From Veleropilina oligotropha (Eukaryota), in assembly GCA_048128005.1 (NCBI GenBank), contig JBEUKZ010000125.1, positions 481,206-501,205 of the forward strand: a stretch of 20,000 nt of DNA, given 5' to 3'. The notes below the pieces were generated by a model. It was not told where the DNA came from, did no database searches, and saw only the letters and a list, made by a program, of their open reading frames with translations. The position numbers were made by a program, and so were the translations under genes. Shown one piece after another: positions 17,901 to 20,000 of this stretch (positions within the stretch are counted from its first letter, which is position 1; the number at the start of each line of letters is the position of its first letter).

Positions 17901-18591
17901 GCTCCAGAGGCACAAGGAGCACTTCCCAGACTCCCCGGTACCTATCCTTTATCACCCCAGGGACACCCGTAAGCAAAATATCATGGTAACCATTCCGGGC
18001 ACCGATGAAAGAGAGGAGCTAGTTCTCAACGACGTCGTTGAGGTCACGATTGAGGCCGCTGAGCAGGCTATCCTGACCCCGGATTGGCGCCTGGGCTATG
18101 CTCTCACCATCCATTCGAGCCAGGGTCTTACCATTCACGACCCACAGAAAGTCTGGATCATCGACGACTACCTTCAGTGGAGTAATCTCGCCTACCTAGC
18201 CGTGTCCCGGGTGGAGTATCTGCATCAGCTCGAGCGGGTAACCTGTCCTCCAGATGAGGGTTCTGAGGACAGGCTGCCCCAAGCGCAGCAGAGCAAGCAG
18301 CAGCTCCGAAAAACCATCCAGAGGAAGCTCGTGGCATACATGCGCCAGGACCAGGCAAAGGGACTCCCGGGGTTTAACCTCAAGGTCGACGACATCCTGC
18401 GGCTCAGAGAGGCCCAAAACAACCGATGCGCAGCATGTAACATAGAGCTGCTCTGGGCCTACCAGCCCAAAGACACACAGCAGTTCAGTGTCGACCGTGT
18501 GGACAACCGCAGGGGCCACATCCGCGACAACGTGCGCTTAACGTGCCTTGAATGTAACCGAAAAAGAGGATTTGCGGTTGTTAACGCCTGA
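14905..18591 (+). CDS. 1228-aa fusion: N-terminal Cys/His domain, divergent family-B DNA polymerase, SF1 (RecD/Pif1-like) helicase, HNH-like nuclease
   Basis: PolB: IDMKACYP (~16369), IIGKF (~16732), RASMLAYAH, VATDSIY (~17008). Helicase: GGGGCGKT (17314), FTPTHRLA, TYHSFF, IWDEV, GDQGQPPP, YR, YALTIHSSQGLT, YLAVSR. C-terminus: CAAC...SVDRVDNRRGHIRDNVRLTCLECN. Uninterrupted ORF. Confidence 0.88.
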   Translation: MSTMDDYIDQLLADMQASETLRDVVQNILDEPIPEDVKERLLKPLVPSKDPQTERKRKAIVEEFDPIPLSKKPRTAQDYQNDLLGLFTTTAGQQFIDLDDQAPPPVRLPAKEPWVELLNDAKDEFEVDGAAAAFSTWRVEVENIEARAGRLALDARMTDARAAQLLTALPKGEFLLRIKFLREWGEGDWVVEDKFDPVKAARKKGQGVVEISQDTKPGAITGVDKAYYENAYPVTAVVYGLYPLREPNPANLVPMKNGDLNCVAQRVVEHFEGALRGNGLTPIRRQKIQEWEARVHVTGATVDDISILEKILKRAIIVRDIAGADIYNSGKYRGQGNHTFRQVELICHNGHAWSKDLHFPQSREVHLYEGDVWEAIRQATHNEPLAVWLLGGTDRQLNVDQFVLQDGRTYRTKEAHERLQEACTALGNESLADRAFGENHAASIMAKETNGWRPTPAGLLDDIQKACVEHGHGGLWNSMNYDTGDVCCIDMKACYPASFLGKGEAKPYFERFGHPTHSMTRVAINGPLPREIGTGFAEVVEWEFAQDIHPVIPAWFGKHFAENGWAPTPLLAFLIESGLLKSLKIREAIIAFRKQTDVWLPENRDQGCRIIGKFTQGAKADGKRLTRRLVIDQGELDFLVRDTRQSGTLVGAPQRCPMGHILTYYDGSQPQYAHLRASMLAYAHISLLSMLQRFTPEEAVRVATDSIYLKKASVVSTQSTVYVAPQLCDCGDKSCISCLIGETYLPPVAPAQWRDKGEQLYLPQEHAAYLPKPEYCCAANSSQPSTAPCYNDTLTHHRLSYLNGGGGCGKTTRAIELFRARNPIVFTPTHRLAKEMRTRGVKAQTYHSFFRWSGQTDWTPDRMGQKFIPRVIIWDEVCTVPRPILEMFLDWLGHHEVQVICCGDQGQPPPITGEMPHDWLRQTADYYEEIEVDYRAKDDPALQALKRRIRLQPDKIQCGEMRKSLPSCLGWDRFVNTWRPGDLILTSRQKVRERAQQLLLQRHKEHFPDSPVPILYHPRDTRKQNIMVTIPGTDEREELVLNDVVEVTIEAAEQAILTPDWRLGYALTIHSSQGLTIHDPQKVWIIDDYLQWSNLAYLAVSRVEYLHQLERVTCPPDEGSEDRLPQAQQSKQQLRKTIQRKLVAYMRQDQAKGLPGFNLKVDDILRLREAQNNRCAACNIELLWAYQPKDTQQFSVDRVDNRRGHIRDNVRLTCLECNRKRGFAVVNA

Positions 18592-19579
18592 GAACCGGCG
18601 GCAGTTGGGTGTCACGAGGCACCACGAGAAGTTCCTCACGAACGAACCCACGCGGTGGTCCATCAAGCAAGTAGTAGAGCACAGGCTCGTCAGGTTTAGT
18701 GACAGAGCGTCCAAGCCTGTGCACTTTTAGAGACCACACCGGGTCAGTCGCTCGCCGGCGACCACCCTCCAACTCACCGGGTTGGTATAGGTATCGAACA
18801 TCTACGTCAGAGGGGAGTTTCTGTTCCTTCCCCTGTCGGCCTGGAACAGTGGAAGAAGGATTTTGTGCAACGCGAGGTGCCTTGATGGCTTCCTTGGGCT
18901 TTTTACCGGTCAGCCTGGTCACTTCCCCATTCAACGCCGCAACAACGGCGGGCAGCCTGGCGACCCACTCAGTTGACCTTTGACCCTCTTTCGCAGACCC
19001 TGTAAAACTCATCTCTGTTGCATACTGGTGCCCGAAGAGCCGCTCAGCGAGCGTCCGGTTGAAGCGCTCCACGATCCCTTGATCGCGATGGAGATCCACA
19101 CGGCCACGCCTAACCTCGACATTATTATTTGCCAGCAGCTGGGAGACCGTCCCCATGAACTCTCGCCCTGGATCAACCTGAAGCAATTTCGGCCAGCTAA
19201 GAGGACTCCGCCTGTAGATTCGAGACAGAGCTTCAGCAACCCCTTTGGCCTCTTTTGTGGCCAGAGGCTCAGCTTCTTTAAAGCGACTGGCCACATCAAC
19301 CACAGTCAAAGCGTACTTATAGGTTTTACGGCCGACCTTGTCATGGGGGAGAAACAGGAGGTCGGCTTGGTGAACCTCGTTTGGCGTTACGACGTCGAAT
19401 TTTGGTCTTGGAATCCGCCGTGGCGCAGGTAAATAGATCTGCCATATAGCCTGCCTCTTAAGCCATGTCCGGGCCTCCATTTCAGACGCCTTGGCAGCCT
19501 CCGCTAGTTTCTTTATCGCGGCAATGCCTTTCCAGTAGCCCTTAGGGCTGTAGTACATCCTCGCAAGCTTACTATCCAT
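18581..19579 (-). CDS. Retroviral-type (rve, DDE) integrase of the Polinton/Maverick class
   Basis: ATG at 19579 (MDSKLARMYYSPKGYWKG...). Catalytic triad in HQADLLFL, LQVDPGREF and QGIVERFNRTL. C-terminal WS...YYL...F.REEL segment; no chromodomain visible. Confidence 0.92.
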   Translation of the reverse strand: MDSKLARMYYSPKGYWKGIAAIKKLAEAAKASEMEARTWLKRQAIWQIYLPAPRRIPRPKFDVVTPNEVHQADLLFLPHDKVGRKTYKYALTVVDVASRFKEAEPLATKEAKGVAEALSRIYRRSPLSWPKLLQVDPGREFMGTVSQLLANNNVEVRRGRVDLHRDQGIVERFNRTLAERLFGHQYATEMSFTGSAKEGQRSTEWVARLPAVVAALNGEVTRLTGKKPKEAIKAPRVAQNPSSTVPGRQGKEQKLPSDVDVRYLYQPGELEGGRRRATDPVWSLKVHRLGRSVTKPDEPVLYYLLDGPPRGFVREELLVVPRDTQLPPVLRR

Positions 19580-19793
19580 CAGCAATGTATTCCAGTAAAC
19601 TGATCAGTCTCCAACAGGCTTCAGCTTCCGGAGCCGGTCGCTGCGCAGTGGTCACCCGTAGGTTGGTCGGGCCCGAGAGCACCAGGACCGCGAACCGCAC
19701 CATAGTCTTTTCGTCGCGGCGCCAGCAGTCGAGTAACGTAGTACTATAGCCGACCGCAAGCATAGCGCAGTACAGCTCTTCTGGGAGCCCCAT
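19572..19793 (-). CDS. 73-aa hypothetical protein directly upstream of the integrase
   Basis: ATG-initiated, co-oriented, and its last codons overlap the integrase ATG by 8 nt. It fills the gap between two genes; no recognisable motif. Confidence 0.45.
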   Translation of the reverse strand: MGLPEELYCAMLAVGYSTTLLDCWRRDEKTMVRFAVLVLSGPTNLRVTTAQRPAPEAEACWRLISLLEYIADG

Positions 19794-19833
19794 TACTATA
19801 CATGCCCACGAAAAAAATGTCCACTGGAAATAA

Positions 19834-19998
19834 TTAGGCGAGCTTGTAGGCTACCAACCCGGTCGCAGCCATCCCCAGGATGATGAAGGTGATCTCACGT
19901 CCCTTCTGGGCATCGCTCGGTGTGTAGTAGTCAGACAGCTGGGGCTCAGGGCCACCTCCCACAGCGGTGGGGTCAAGGTTCTTGCCGGTGATCAATGC
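19834..19998 (-). CDS. 3' end of a small protein with a C-terminal transmembrane helix (partial; not in the ORF track)
   Basis: Translates ...ALITGKNLDPTAVGGGPEPQLSDYYTPSDAQKGREITFIILGMAATGLVAYKLA*. It has a hydrophobic tail anchor and resembles small accessory proteins I recall from invertebrate Polinton-like elements. Confidence 0.65.
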   Translation of the reverse strand, partial: ALITGKNLDPTAVGGGPEPQLSDYYTPSDAQKGREITFIILGMAATGLVAYKLA

Positions 19999-20000
19999 AT

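Larger units (their letters stand above)
13900..20000. mobile_element. Polinton/Maverick-related endogenous virus-like element (left boundary unresolved; continues past the window)
   Basis: Shift to GC-rich, intronless, tightly packed ORFs. Polinton-type rve integrase plus a PolB-SF1 helicase fusion gene and small accessory ORFs. Confidence 0.8.

Noticed and set aside
14905..18591. Helitron RepHel protein
   Set aside because: An SF1 helicase is present, but I see no HUH/Y2 Rep motifs. The upstream region has PolB-like motifs and the neighbour is a Polinton-type integrase.
14912..19432. Short antisense and alternate-frame ORFs over the Pol-helicase and integrase genes
   Set aside because: Shadow ORFs expected from strong third-position GC bias.

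Overview
Animal genomic DNA, AT-rich and full of repeats; the repeat types suggest a mollusc or other lophotrochozoan (inference). Two spliced exons of a glucose-6-phosphatase (G6PC) gene lie on the minus strand (2117-2226, 1650-1743). I found no exon 1 to their right, so most of the window is probably one large intron filled with mobile DNA. (i) A full-length DIRS1-type tyrosine-recombinase retrotransposon (4496-11848, minus) has 206-bp inverted terminal repeats, an ICR, and gag, RT-RNaseH-MTase and YR frames; pol carries two apparent lesions. It sits exactly at an internal repeat junction of a palindromic non-autonomous element. (ii) A GC-rich, intronless, virus-like Polinton/Maverick-related element (~13.9 kb to past the window end) encodes a 1228-aa fusion of a divergent family-B polymerase, an SF1 helicase and an HNH-type nuclease, convergent with a retroviral-type integrase and small accessory ORFs. 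(iii) There are also SINEs, a MITE, a CR1 fragment, an Academ-like transposase relic and long palindromes. All family assignments come from motif recognition by eye, not database searches.
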